DNA of 64,000 bases from Anaerolineales bacterium (lineage in GTDB: Bacteria > Chloroflexota > Anaerolineae > Anaerolineales > UBA11579), in the NCBI GenBank assembly GCA_016932165.1, contig JAFGDK010000103.1, forward strand, positions 28,068 through 92,067, in the 5' to 3' direction. Below, one piece after another: positions 20,200 to 28,619 of the stretch. A program made the position numbers and the translations under genes. The notes beneath the pieces are model-generated. The model was given only the letters and a program-made list of their open reading frames with translations. It was not told the DNA's origin and did no database searches. Position 1 is the stretch's first letter. Each line of letters opens with the position of its first letter.

Positions 20200-21516
20200 A
20201 TGAAAAAAAAGAAACTGATCGTACTCACAACTGTCTTGCTGCTGATCAGCTTTGTGTTTGCCGCCTGTTCGCAGCAAACTGAAACTGCCGAAACCAAACA
20301 AACCGCAGATTACTCAAAATTCACCGACGAAGCCAAGGAATGTCTGGAATGCCACGCACTAGAAACCCCCGGGATCGTCTCCGCCTGGGATGCCAGCGCC
20401 CATGCCATCGGTGAAGTCAGCTGCATCGACTGCCACCAGGTTGAGCCCGGTTCCCCAATGGAACTCAAAGGCATCGAAGACCACGAAGATCTGGATGTCA
20501 GTCTCTCGATGCTGGTGCCGGCGAATGTGTGCCAGGAATGCCACGAGGACCAGGTAGAGCAATTTCATGCCAGCGGCCACGAACGCGCCTACCTCCAGAT
20601 GGAAGCCAAAGAAAGCATGCAAGCCCTGATGTACTACCACGAGGGACAGCAGAACGAAGAGCTGGGCGGCGCTCCCGCTGAGACTGGCTGCTTCCAATGC
20701 CACGGCAGCAGAATTGAAGTTGACGAGACCGGCCACCCCACTCCTGATACCTACCCGGCATCTGGGATTGGCAATGTTTACCCCAACGGGGAAATCGGAA
20801 ACTGTGTGGTCTGCCACACCCGCCACAGTTTCTCGATCGCTGAAGCCCGTCGTCCGGAGGCCTGCGCGTCCTGCCACCTCGGCCCCGACCACCCGGACAT
20901 CGAGATCTATGAAGCCAGCAAACACGGACAGATCTATCATTCAGACGGCGACAACTGGGTCTGGGACCGGGCGCCCGGTGAATGGGAACCCGGCGACTAC
21001 ACCGCCCCGACCTGCGCTACCTGCCATATGTCCGGCATCGGCGACCTGGAGATGAGCCATAACATCACCGAACGCCTCTACTGGAACCTGTGGGCGCCGC
21101 TCTCCAAGCCACGCACAGAGGCGGATGTCTTCGATACCTATTATGGTGACGGTGAGAAGGGCCGGGAGCTGATGACCCAGGTCTGCCTCAACTGTCACTC
21201 CTCCGCCCTGGTGGAAGGTCACTTCGCCTCAAGTGACAAGGCCGTGGAACTCTACAACCAGGAATACTTCCTGGAAGCAGACGCCATGCGCACTGACCTT
21301 GCCGAGAAAGGGCTGCTGAATGACAATCCCTGGAAGGATGAATTCGAGGTTGTGTACTATTACCTGTGGCATCACGAAGGCCGCCGTGCCCGCCAGGGCG
21401 CCATCATGGCCGGGGCAGATTGGGCCCACTGGCACGGTTTCTTTGAAATAATGCAGGACATTTACAAGCTGGAAGAGTTATATAAGGAACGCATCGAGAC
21501 AGGTGCTGGCAACTAG
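20200..21516 (+). CDS. octaheme c-type cytochrome lipoprotein (HAO/ONR/OTR-like multiheme family)
   Basis: Lipoprotein signal with lipobox FAAC. Eight CxxCH motifs (CLECH, CIDCH, CQECH, CFQCH, CVVCH, CASCH, CATCH, CLNCH) and no CxxCK. 19 nt downstream of the NrfH-like gene. Confidence 0.8.
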   Translation: MKKKKLIVLTTVLLLISFVFAACSQQTETAETKQTADYSKFTDEAKECLECHALETPGIVSAWDASAHAIGEVSCIDCHQVEPGSPMELKGIEDHEDLDVSLSMLVPANVCQECHEDQVEQFHASGHERAYLQMEAKESMQALMYYHEGQQNEELGGAPAETGCFQCHGSRIEVDETGHPTPDTYPASGIGNVYPNGEIGNCVVCHTRHSFSIAEARRPEACASCHLGPDHPDIEIYEASKHGQIYHSDGDNWVWDRAPGEWEPGDYTAPTCATCHMSGIGDLEMSHNITERLYWNLWAPLSKPRTEADVFDTYYGDGEKGRELMTQVCLNCHSSALVEGHFASSDKAVELYNQEYFLEADAMRTDLAEKGLLNDNPWKDEFEVVYYYLWHHEGRRARQGAIMAGADWAHWHGFFEIMQDIYKLEELYKERIETGAGN

Positions 21517-21538
21517 CCCCCCTCAAGAGTGCTCAGCC

Positions 21539-21570
21539 AAAAATCCCCGCCAGGCTGGCGGGGATTTTTT
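21539..21570. terminator. bidirectional rho-independent terminator between convergent genes
   Basis: AAAAA-ATCCCCGCC-aggct-GGCGGGGAT-TTTTTT. A perfect 9-bp GC-rich stem flanked by an A-run and a T-run. Confidence 0.8.
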
Positions 21571-21612
21571 ATGTGTTTGTACCAAGAAACAAGGCAACCA
21601 CATCACAGGCAC

Positions 21613-23130
21613 TTACCGCTTCTTCTGTTTGTTGCTTCTGCTCCAATTTTCTCTCCGGCCAGAGCCCCGCCCCTTCTCCTGCCGGCCAGACCCGCCTTGC
21701 CCAGACCCAGAACGTCTCTGACCCCGCGGCTTGGACTCTTTCCGCTTGGCCTTGGTGCCCACCGCTTCCAGTTTGGGTGGGTGATGCATCCATTCGTGAT
21801 AGGTATCATCCAGCAGCATCGCCAGCAAGCTAATCCCTTCTTCGTCTTCAGCAAGTTCTTTCACCAACGGGAGGAAGCGCTGCATACGCTCAATCTGCAG
21901 CCGGTCGCGGTGGCGCAATTTTGCCTCCAGCTGCCCGATCAGGCGCTGGGAGACCAGGTTCTCCACATCCTCATCCTGGGGCAGCTTCCTTTCGGTGAAC
22001 TCGATCTTATAATGCGCCCCGATGCGGGTCAGTTGGCGTTCCTCATTGTAATTCACCAGCATGATCGCTGTGCCGCTGGCACCGGCCCGGCCTGTGCGCC
22101 CCGCCCGGTGGATATAGGCTTCCAAGTCCTCTGGCGGTTCGTACTGGATCACGTGCGAGAGGTCTGGGATATCAATCCCACGGGCGGCCACATCGGTCGC
22201 CACCAGAAAACGCAGCCGCCCCTCGCGCAGACGATTGAGCACCTCATCCCGGGCACTCTGCGAAAGGTCGGAACTGAGCTGGTCGGCATTGAAGCCGAAG
22301 CGCTGCAGCACGCGGGCCACGTAAAAGACCCGGTCCTTGGTATTGCAGAAGATGAGCGTCTGCTGCGGATTCTCCATCTCGATGATCCGCACCAGAGCGC
22401 GGTCCTTCTCCATCCCCGGCATAAGGTAAAAGACGTGCTCGGTATCCTCCACGTAGATCGTTTCGCGGCTCAGGCTGATGAACTCCGGCTCTTCCAGGAA
22501 GTAGCTGGTCAGGTGCATTACCTGGGCTGGGAAGGTCGCCGAGAACATCCCGGTCTGCACCGGTCGGTCGGGCAGGAACTCCTGTACCCGCAGCATATCC
22601 TCAAAGAAGCCCATCGACATCATCCGGTCAGCCTCGTCGAAGACCAGGATCCTGAGATCATCCAGTTTGAGATTGCGCTTGATCAAGTGATCGAGGATCC
22701 GCCCAGGCGTACCGACAACCAGCTGCACACCCTCCTTGAAAGCCTCGATTTGGGGCTTATAGCTGCTCCCGCCATACACGGAAACTACCCCAAAATTGGT
22801 ACCAGCAGCCAGCGCCGTGGCATCGCGCGCCACCTGCTGGGCCAGTTCCCGCGTCGGCACCAGGATCAGCGCCTGGCAGGCCTTCTTGTTGGTATCCACC
22901 AGCTCGAGGATCGGCAGGATGAACGCCCCGGTCTTGCCGCTGCCGGTCTGGGCCTGCACCATCAGGTCCACTCCCGCTCGGAAGTACGGGATCGCCTTCT
23001 TCTGCACCGGCATCAGCTCGCTCCAGCCCACCTGGGCAACAGCCTTCTGCATCACGGCGGGCATCTGGTCTATCGTGATCTCTGGTAAGGGAGTTTTGCT
23101 CTCTTCAGTCATTTTATACCTCTGTCTCAT
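21613..23130 (-). CDS. DEAD-box ATP-dependent RNA helicase with an RG-rich C-terminal tail
   Basis: Q-motif, AQTGSGKT, DEAD, SAT and HRAGRTGRAG motifs. The C-terminus is rich in RGG/RGS repeats. The true start may be the Met at residue 7. Confidence 0.9.
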   Translation of the reverse strand: MRQRYKMTEESKTPLPEITIDQMPAVMQKAVAQVGWSELMPVQKKAIPYFRAGVDLMVQAQTGSGKTGAFILPILELVDTNKKACQALILVPTRELAQQVARDATALAAGTNFGVVSVYGGSSYKPQIEAFKEGVQLVVGTPGRILDHLIKRNLKLDDLRILVFDEADRMMSMGFFEDMLRVQEFLPDRPVQTGMFSATFPAQVMHLTSYFLEEPEFISLSRETIYVEDTEHVFYLMPGMEKDRALVRIIEMENPQQTLIFCNTKDRVFYVARVLQRFGFNADQLSSDLSQSARDEVLNRLREGRLRFLVATDVAARGIDIPDLSHVIQYEPPEDLEAYIHRAGRTGRAGASGTAIMLVNYNEERQLTRIGAHYKIEFTERKLPQDEDVENLVSQRLIGQLEAKLRHRDRLQIERMQRFLPLVKELAEDEEGISLLAMLLDDTYHEWMHHPPKLEAVGTKAKRKESKPRGQRRSGSGQGGSGRQEKGRGSGRRENWSRSNKQKKR

Positions 23131-23234
23131 TTTCTATTGATGCTATTATAGGACAGTTAACAGTAATCGGCAGGCAGTTGCCAGCACACAAAGTCCGCCA
23201 TCGGCGGACGCCTTCTTTCAATTGTATTTAGCTT

Positions 23235-23651
23235 TTACATCAGTCCTTCAAGAAACGCGGCCGCATCCTCATTTAATGGCTGCGATTTTTTGGTTTCTCC
23301 ATTCATCTGCACGATCACAGTTTTACCGGTGGCCACACAGCGCCCCTCCTGGAACAGCCCCTGTTCAAAGGTGACAGAGCTCCGCCCGATCTTCGCAACC
23401 CGGGTACCGATCTCCACCCGGCCCGGCCAGCTGATCTCAGCCAGAAAATCCAGCGTCAGGTTGACGATCACAAATGAACAGCCCTCACTGGCTAGAGCTT
23501 TTTCTGGATTGTAAAGCGCCTCAACCCGGCCGGTTTCCAGCATGGTAGCAAAAACCGCATTGTTGACGTGCCCCTGACGGTCGGTATCGGCATAACGAAG
23601 CTTTTCGTAGGTCTTCAGCGGGAATTGGTCGAGTGTGGGTGTTGTCTCCAT
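23235..23651 (-). CDS. hotdog-fold acyl-CoA thioesterase (4HBT/YbgC family)
   Basis: YADTDRQGHVNNAVF motif. Start taken at the internal Met (METTPT), which is preceded by AAGGAG. The ORF is open to 23711. Confidence 0.7.
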   Translation of the reverse strand: METTPTLDQFPLKTYEKLRYADTDRQGHVNNAVFATMLETGRVEALYNPEKALASEGCSFVIVNLTLDFLAEISWPGRVEIGTRVAKIGRSSVTFEQGLFQEGRCVATGKTVIVQMNGETKKSQPLNEDAAAFLEGLM

Positions 23652-23862
23652 ACAATTCTCCTTAAAACCCCAATTATCTTCTCCTATCGTTACTAACACA
23701 GGATGAGGCAACAGATTCTCATCCTGCTAAACCGCAGTTCACCCTAATCACGAAGCGTCTAGGATCCGAATCCCTGACTTTTCTATCCGCGTCCAGCGTC
23801 ATTCATCTATGGAGAATTCGCGATTCCTAATCACTCGGTGCCTGGCCACTAATCACTGTCGT

Positions 23863-25656
23863 TTAATCCACGGTCAGCGTCTTGCTCAAATTCCTCGGAA
23901 AGTCAGGATCATAACCCCGGCCCAGCGCCAGGTGATAGGAGAGCAGCTGCAGCGGGATGACTATCAACAGCGCTTCGATCTCCGGGCTGTCCACCTTCGG
24001 GATGGTCAAAAAGTCGTCCCCGTTAGCGCGCAGGCGGGCATCTTCCGTACCCACCACAATCGCCCGCCCGCCCCGGCAGGTGGCCTCATTGATCCCGCTG
24101 ACGATCAGGTCTACATCCTCCTGACCGGCCACGAACACCACCGGGTAGCCCTCTTCCACTGCCGAAAGCGGACCGTGCTTGAACTCCGTTGAAAGGATCC
24201 CCTCACAGTGCTGGTAAGTGATCTCCTTGAGCTTCAATGAGCCTTCCAGCGCCACCGGGTAGGTCAACCCATAGCCCAGCTGGTACAGGTCGGGCACATC
24301 TACCAGCGCTTTGGCTAACTCGGCGGCCTGTCCATCGGTGGCCTCGATGGTTTGTTTCATCAGTTCGGGCAGCTCGTAGAGGATGTTGGTATCGTGCCCA
24401 CCCATGCGCAATGCCAGATACAGGAATGAGAGCACCTGATTGGTGAAGGTCTTGGTTGCTGGCACGCTGATCTCATAGCCGCAACCCAGGGGGATATGAT
24501 GGGTCGAGACGCGCATCAGCGTGGAACCGACGACATTCACCAGTCCCAGAACGCCAATTCCCTTTTGCTCCGCCAGTTCGATCGCGTTGAGCACATCCTT
24601 GGTTTCCCCGCTCTGGCTGACGAAGATCCCCACGTCATTTGGCCCCAATGTTGGGCCGTACTGCGCCATGAACTGGGTCGCCACCGCAGGGATGGTCGCT
24701 TTCCCGGCCAACCGCCCGAAATATACCGATCCCAGCAGGCAGGCGTGGTAGCTCGTCCCGCAGCCCACCAGGTAGACATGATCAGCAGTTTTCATCCGGG
24801 CCACAATCTGGTCCACATCCTCAGAATTATCCAGCAGGTGCAGTAGTTCCTCCGCCACCTTGGGCTGCTCGTGGATCTCTTTGAGCATAAAGTGAGCAAA
24901 ATTTCCCTTCTTGACAGCTTCCATGGTCTCGGTAATCTCTTCAATCTCTCGCTCGATCACACCCCCATCAGCCACGCTACGCAGTTCGATCTTATCAGGG
25001 GTCATGATCACGATCTCGCCGTCCTCGACCCGTACAATCCGGCGGGTCAACGGCAGCAGAGACGGCAGGTCTGAAGAAACTACAGTAGCCTCTTCCGCAT
25101 ACCCGGCCACCAACCCTGATCCCTTCTTGATGGCATAGAGCACATCTTCATCATCCTTGCCGATCACAAAGGAAAAATCACCTTCCAAATCCCCAGCGGC
25201 TTTACGGATCGCCTCGACCATATTGAAACCTCTGTCCACATAGCGCTCGACTGCGTGGATGCAGGATTCACCGTCATTCTCACTGCGCACAGTCATCCCC
25301 TCCGAGATGAATTCTTTACGCAGTTCGACATTGTTGACCACATTGCCGTTGTGCGCTCCCACCAAGTCTCCATCCGAATCGAGGTGCGGCTGGGAGTTCA
25401 CCTGTGATGGTGCGCCAAAAGTCGCCCAGCGCAGCTGGAGGATACCGCGTTTACCGGTCATCTCCGCAAAGTTATATTTTTCGGCCACCGTTTCCACCTT
25501 GCCGGCATCCTTGCGCAGATCAATCTCCCCTTCCTGGCTGATGGTGGCGCATCCCACAGAATCGTAACCGCGGTAAGAGAGCATTCTGCCTGCCTCGATT
25601 AAAGTTGGTCCAAGCAAGCGCTCTTCACTGGTGATGATCCCAAAAATTCCACACAT
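23863..25656 (-). CDS. glmS: glutamine--fructose-6-phosphate aminotransferase GlmS
   Basis: MCGIFGI N-terminal nucleophile (start taken at this Met), a class-II amidotransferase domain, and two SIS domains. Confidence 0.9.
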   Translation of the reverse strand: MCGIFGIITSEERLLGPTLIEAGRMLSYRGYDSVGCATISQEGEIDLRKDAGKVETVAEKYNFAEMTGKRGILQLRWATFGAPSQVNSQPHLDSDGDLVGAHNGNVVNNVELRKEFISEGMTVRSENDGESCIHAVERYVDRGFNMVEAIRKAAGDLEGDFSFVIGKDDEDVLYAIKKGSGLVAGYAEEATVVSSDLPSLLPLTRRIVRVEDGEIVIMTPDKIELRSVADGGVIEREIEEITETMEAVKKGNFAHFMLKEIHEQPKVAEELLHLLDNSEDVDQIVARMKTADHVYLVGCGTSYHACLLGSVYFGRLAGKATIPAVATQFMAQYGPTLGPNDVGIFVSQSGETKDVLNAIELAEQKGIGVLGLVNVVGSTLMRVSTHHIPLGCGYEISVPATKTFTNQVLSFLYLALRMGGHDTNILYELPELMKQTIEATDGQAAELAKALVDVPDLYQLGYGLTYPVALEGSLKLKEITYQHCEGILSTEFKHGPLSAVEEGYPVVFVAGQEDVDLIVSGINEATCRGGRAIVVGTEDARLRANGDDFLTIPKVDSPEIEALLIVIPLQLLSYHLALGRGYDPDFPRNLSKTLTVD

Positions 25657-25697
25657 GCAAGTCGTCTCCTGTATTTTGATTTGTGATTTCAAGCACC

Positions 25698-27395
25698 CTA
25701 CAAGACCACCCCATGCTGGTCTTTCAGAATCTCCAATGTCCGCGTGATCTCATCCTGCTTGAATTCCGCGGCCCATCCAATCGCCTGGGCAGCCACCGCT
25801 GCCAGCTCTTCCAGCGCGTCCATTGTCAGCAGCCCCAGCTTGCCAATCATCGTCCGCCGCAGGATCAGATCATCCAGGTGGAGCACATCCTCGTTTTTCG
25901 CGATGTAAGCAATTTCCTCAGGAGAATATTCCTCAAGTGACCAGTAACCAGTGGGTGAAACCACCGCCTCCTGTTTTAAAAATTCTTCGGCCGCGGTGCC
26001 GTAGCGTTCAACATAGCGGGATACGAGCGATTCAGGCGCGCCGGTTTCATCCACCAACCTGGCCAGATACATTTCCAGCTCCTTCTGCTCATCAGGCAAG
26101 CGATTCGATCCGCCGATTTTCAGATCTTTGGTATCCAGCTTGCGTTCATATCCCAGTTTCTCCAGGATCACATCTGTGGTCTGCTCCGAGAAAGCCCGGA
26201 AACTGGTCCACTTCCCCCCGATCATTGAATAGATTGGGAACTGGGCATTTTCACTCGGCGGCAGGTATTCCAACTTGTGGTCCCGGCTGATCTGTCCCGT
26301 GAAACTTTCTGGCGCATATGGTAAGGGTCGCACGCCCGAAAATTGATACACGATCTGTGAACGGTCCAGTTTGATCTCCGGGAAAATATGGGCTACCATT
26401 TCAAAGAAGTAATCAATTTCTTCTTCTGTGCAGCGCACACTGTCCGGGTCATCCACCCGGATATCGGTCGAGCCGATCATTACTTTGTCGGCAAGCGGGA
26501 AAATCAGCACAATCCGGCCGTCCTTATTCTCAAAGAAGATCTCATGACCCTTGATCTCATTCCGCAGTTCGGGATGATCCAGGACCAGGTGCGAGCCTTT
26601 CGTGCCGCCAATAAACATGGTTTGAGTCCCAAGATAATAGTTAGTGAAATCAATCCATGGCCCGGAAGCATTGATCACCACATCCGGGATCACCGAGAAT
26701 TGCTCGCTGGTGAGTTCGTCGACCAGCACCACCCGTTTTCCTTCCACCCGATCTGCTTTGACGTAATTGGCCGCGTAGGCCTTGTCAGAGGCTTTTAACG
26801 TATCCTGAAGCAATTCAATACAAATCCGTTCCGGACTGGGCATAGCGGCATCGTAATATGTGCCGGTAAACTGCACCTTCTTGTTCATTTTAGGGAATTT
26901 TTGCAGCGATTTGCGGCGACCAGCAAACACATGACCAGGGACGGTCTGCTGCTCACGGGTGAACATATCGTAGAAGCTCATCCCAATCTTGATGACTACC
27001 GCCCCACGCTCAGAGGGTTTGTCCAACAGCCCGAGGAATTTAAACGGCGCGTTCAGCAGCCCGGAAAACCACTTAAAAATCGGGAAGACTGTCGGCAGTG
27101 GTTTGACCAGGTGCGGTGTATTCTCAATCAGCCGGTTACGCTCCCGGACTGCTTCCCGCACCAGCCGGAACTCGCCATTTTCCAGATACCGGATTCCCCC
27201 ATGCACCATGTGTGAGGATGCTGCACTAGCGCCGGAACAATAGTCTCCACGATCCACAATCAGCACATCCACACCTTGCAATGCCAGATCTCTGAACGTG
27301 CCGATCCCGTTCACACCTGCGCCTACGATCAACACAGTCACATTGGGGTTTTTGAGAAAATAATCTATTGTTGCTTCACGATCCAATGAATACAT
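25698..27395 (-). CDS. FAD-dependent glycerol-3-phosphate dehydrogenase/oxidase (GlpD/GlpA-like)
   Basis: VLIVGAGVNGIGTFRDLALQG FAD fold. GASAASSHMVHGGIRYLE matches the GlpD signature. A C-terminal GlpD-type domain is present. Confidence 0.8.
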   Translation of the reverse strand: MYSLDREATIDYFLKNPNVTVLIVGAGVNGIGTFRDLALQGVDVLIVDRGDYCSGASAASSHMVHGGIRYLENGEFRLVREAVRERNRLIENTPHLVKPLPTVFPIFKWFSGLLNAPFKFLGLLDKPSERGAVVIKIGMSFYDMFTREQQTVPGHVFAGRRKSLQKFPKMNKKVQFTGTYYDAAMPSPERICIELLQDTLKASDKAYAANYVKADRVEGKRVVLVDELTSEQFSVIPDVVINASGPWIDFTNYYLGTQTMFIGGTKGSHLVLDHPELRNEIKGHEIFFENKDGRIVLIFPLADKVMIGSTDIRVDDPDSVRCTEEEIDYFFEMVAHIFPEIKLDRSQIVYQFSGVRPLPYAPESFTGQISRDHKLEYLPPSENAQFPIYSMIGGKWTSFRAFSEQTTDVILEKLGYERKLDTKDLKIGGSNRLPDEQKELEMYLARLVDETGAPESLVSRYVERYGTAAEEFLKQEAVVSPTGYWSLEEYSPEEIAYIAKNEDVLHLDDLILRRTMIGKLGLLTMDALEELAAVAAQAIGWAAEFKQDEITRTLEILKDQHGVVL

Positions 27396-27606
27396 CTTTA
27401 TCCTTAACTATTTATCATTGCTAACGTGGAACCACGATCCACATCGCTAAGAGTTTATCACCATTCCAGCAATTTTTGGAAATTGCCTCATAGCTTGCCT
27501 GAAGTAAGAGAAAGGCGAGCGCGCTAGTCAATACCACATAATTTTGATATTCTTTATCTTATAAATTACAATTTATTAATCAAGAAATTAAAAAGGAAAT
27601 ATAAAA

Positions 27607-28044
27607 ATGGAATTTTTTAACCGGTTGATACACGCACTCACCCAAAGCCACCCCATCCACCCGATGATCGTGCATTTCCCAATTGCCCTCAGCGGAGCAG
27701 CTCTGCTGTTCATTCTAATCGCCTGGGTAAGAAAAGACCGCAACTTTGAAATGATGGCCTTCGCCAACCTGGTGCTGACAGTGTTTGGCACTCTCGCCGC
27801 TGGACTCACCGGATTGTACGACAACAACCGGAATTACCTCGGAGAGGCCCCTAATGCCAACCTGAAAATTGTGCTGGCAATCCTGATGCTGGCGGTTTCA
27901 GCCCTTACCGCATTTTTGCGCATGCGCAGTCCTGAATTGCTCTTTTCAAAAGGGAAACTTTTATATCTTGCCGGTTATCTGATCAGTTTTTTGCTTGCCA
28001 TCACACTCGCCTTTTTAGGCGGCGTAATTCTATATGGCTTTTAG
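27607..28044 (+). CDS. DUF2231-family membrane protein
   Basis: HPIHPMIVHFPIAL motif and 4 TM segments. Family is commonly adjacent to cytochrome c genes. Confidence 0.6.
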   Translation: MEFFNRLIHALTQSHPIHPMIVHFPIALSGAALLFILIAWVRKDRNFEMMAFANLVLTVFGTLAAGLTGLYDNNRNYLGEAPNANLKIVLAILMLAVSALTAFLRMRSPELLFSKGKLLYLAGYLISFLLAITLAFLGGVILYGF

Positions 28045-28053
28045 GAGACAACC

Positions 28054-28566
28054 ATGAACTTTAAACATCGAATCATCACCCTTACACTGATTAGCCTGTT
28101 GGCCGTCTTAGTAGCCGGGTGCGGTGGGAAAACTGCTCCTGCCGCGAACCTGCCTGAAGAGAACCTGGCCTCTGATCCAGCGGAGATGCCCGTAGAAGAA
28201 GGCAATGTCAACCAGCCTGAAATCGAACCGGGGCCTGAACCAACGGAAGAACCAGCGCCCGCTGAAGAACAGCCCACTGTTGCGAGCGAAGTCAGCTTCG
28301 CGGCAGATGTGCTGCCCATTCTGGACAGCCGCTGCCTGAACTGCCATGGTGGCGAAAGAGTGGAAGGGGATTTTGTGCTCAGCACCTATGCCGAGCTGAT
28401 GGACGGCGGAGAAAGCGGCCCGGCAGTGATTCCCGGTGATGCTGATTCCAGCTACCTGGCTGAACTGATTTTGGCACAAGAAATGCCCAAACGCGGCCCT
28501 AAACTAACCCCGGTACAGACCCAAACGATCATTGACTGGATTAACCAGGGAGCCCCGAATAACTGA
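28054..28566 (+). CDS. lipoprotein with a single-heme PSCyt1-type (Planctomycete-type) cytochrome c domain
   Basis: Lipobox LVAGC. ADVLPILDSRCLNCHGGERVEGDFVL...GGESGPAVIPGDADSSYL...MP...LT..Q...I.DWI.QGA matches the PSCyt1 domain pattern with one CxxCH. Confidence 0.65.
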   Translation: MNFKHRIITLTLISLLAVLVAGCGGKTAPAANLPEENLASDPAEMPVEEGNVNQPEIEPGPEPTEEPAPAEEQPTVASEVSFAADVLPILDSRCLNCHGGERVEGDFVLSTYAELMDGGESGPAVIPGDADSSYLAELILAQEMPKRGPKLTPVQTQTIIDWINQGAPNN

Positions 28567-28576
28567 TCTAAAAAAA

Positions 28577-28599
28577 TCCCCTGACGGAATGTCAGGGGA
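28577..28599 (-). terminator. hairpin terminator (TCCCCTGAC-ggaat-GTCAGGGGA) followed on the minus strand by a T7 run
   Basis: Perfect 9-bp stem between convergent genes. The plus-strand A-run at 28571-28576 is a U-tract for the minus-strand transcript. Confidence 0.65.
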
Positions 28600-28619
28600 T
28601 GATCGTGACTCCCAAAAAG

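Noticed and set aside
20200-21516. Considered calling the multiheme protein NrfA (pentaheme nitrite reductase)
   Set aside because: Eight CxxCH motifs and no CxxCK active-site motif. The architecture is octaheme, not NrfA.
21529-23088. 519-aa plus-strand ORF overlapping the entire DEAD-box helicase gene
   Set aside because: It is antisense to a gene with complete helicase motifs. The translation is Pro/Arg/Leu-rich and low-complexity, as typical for GC-rich antisense frames. No convincing RBS.
25657-25700. Checked for a glmS ribozyme upstream of glmS
   Set aside because: Only ~40 nt separate glmS from the upstream gene, so there is no room for the ribozyme core.
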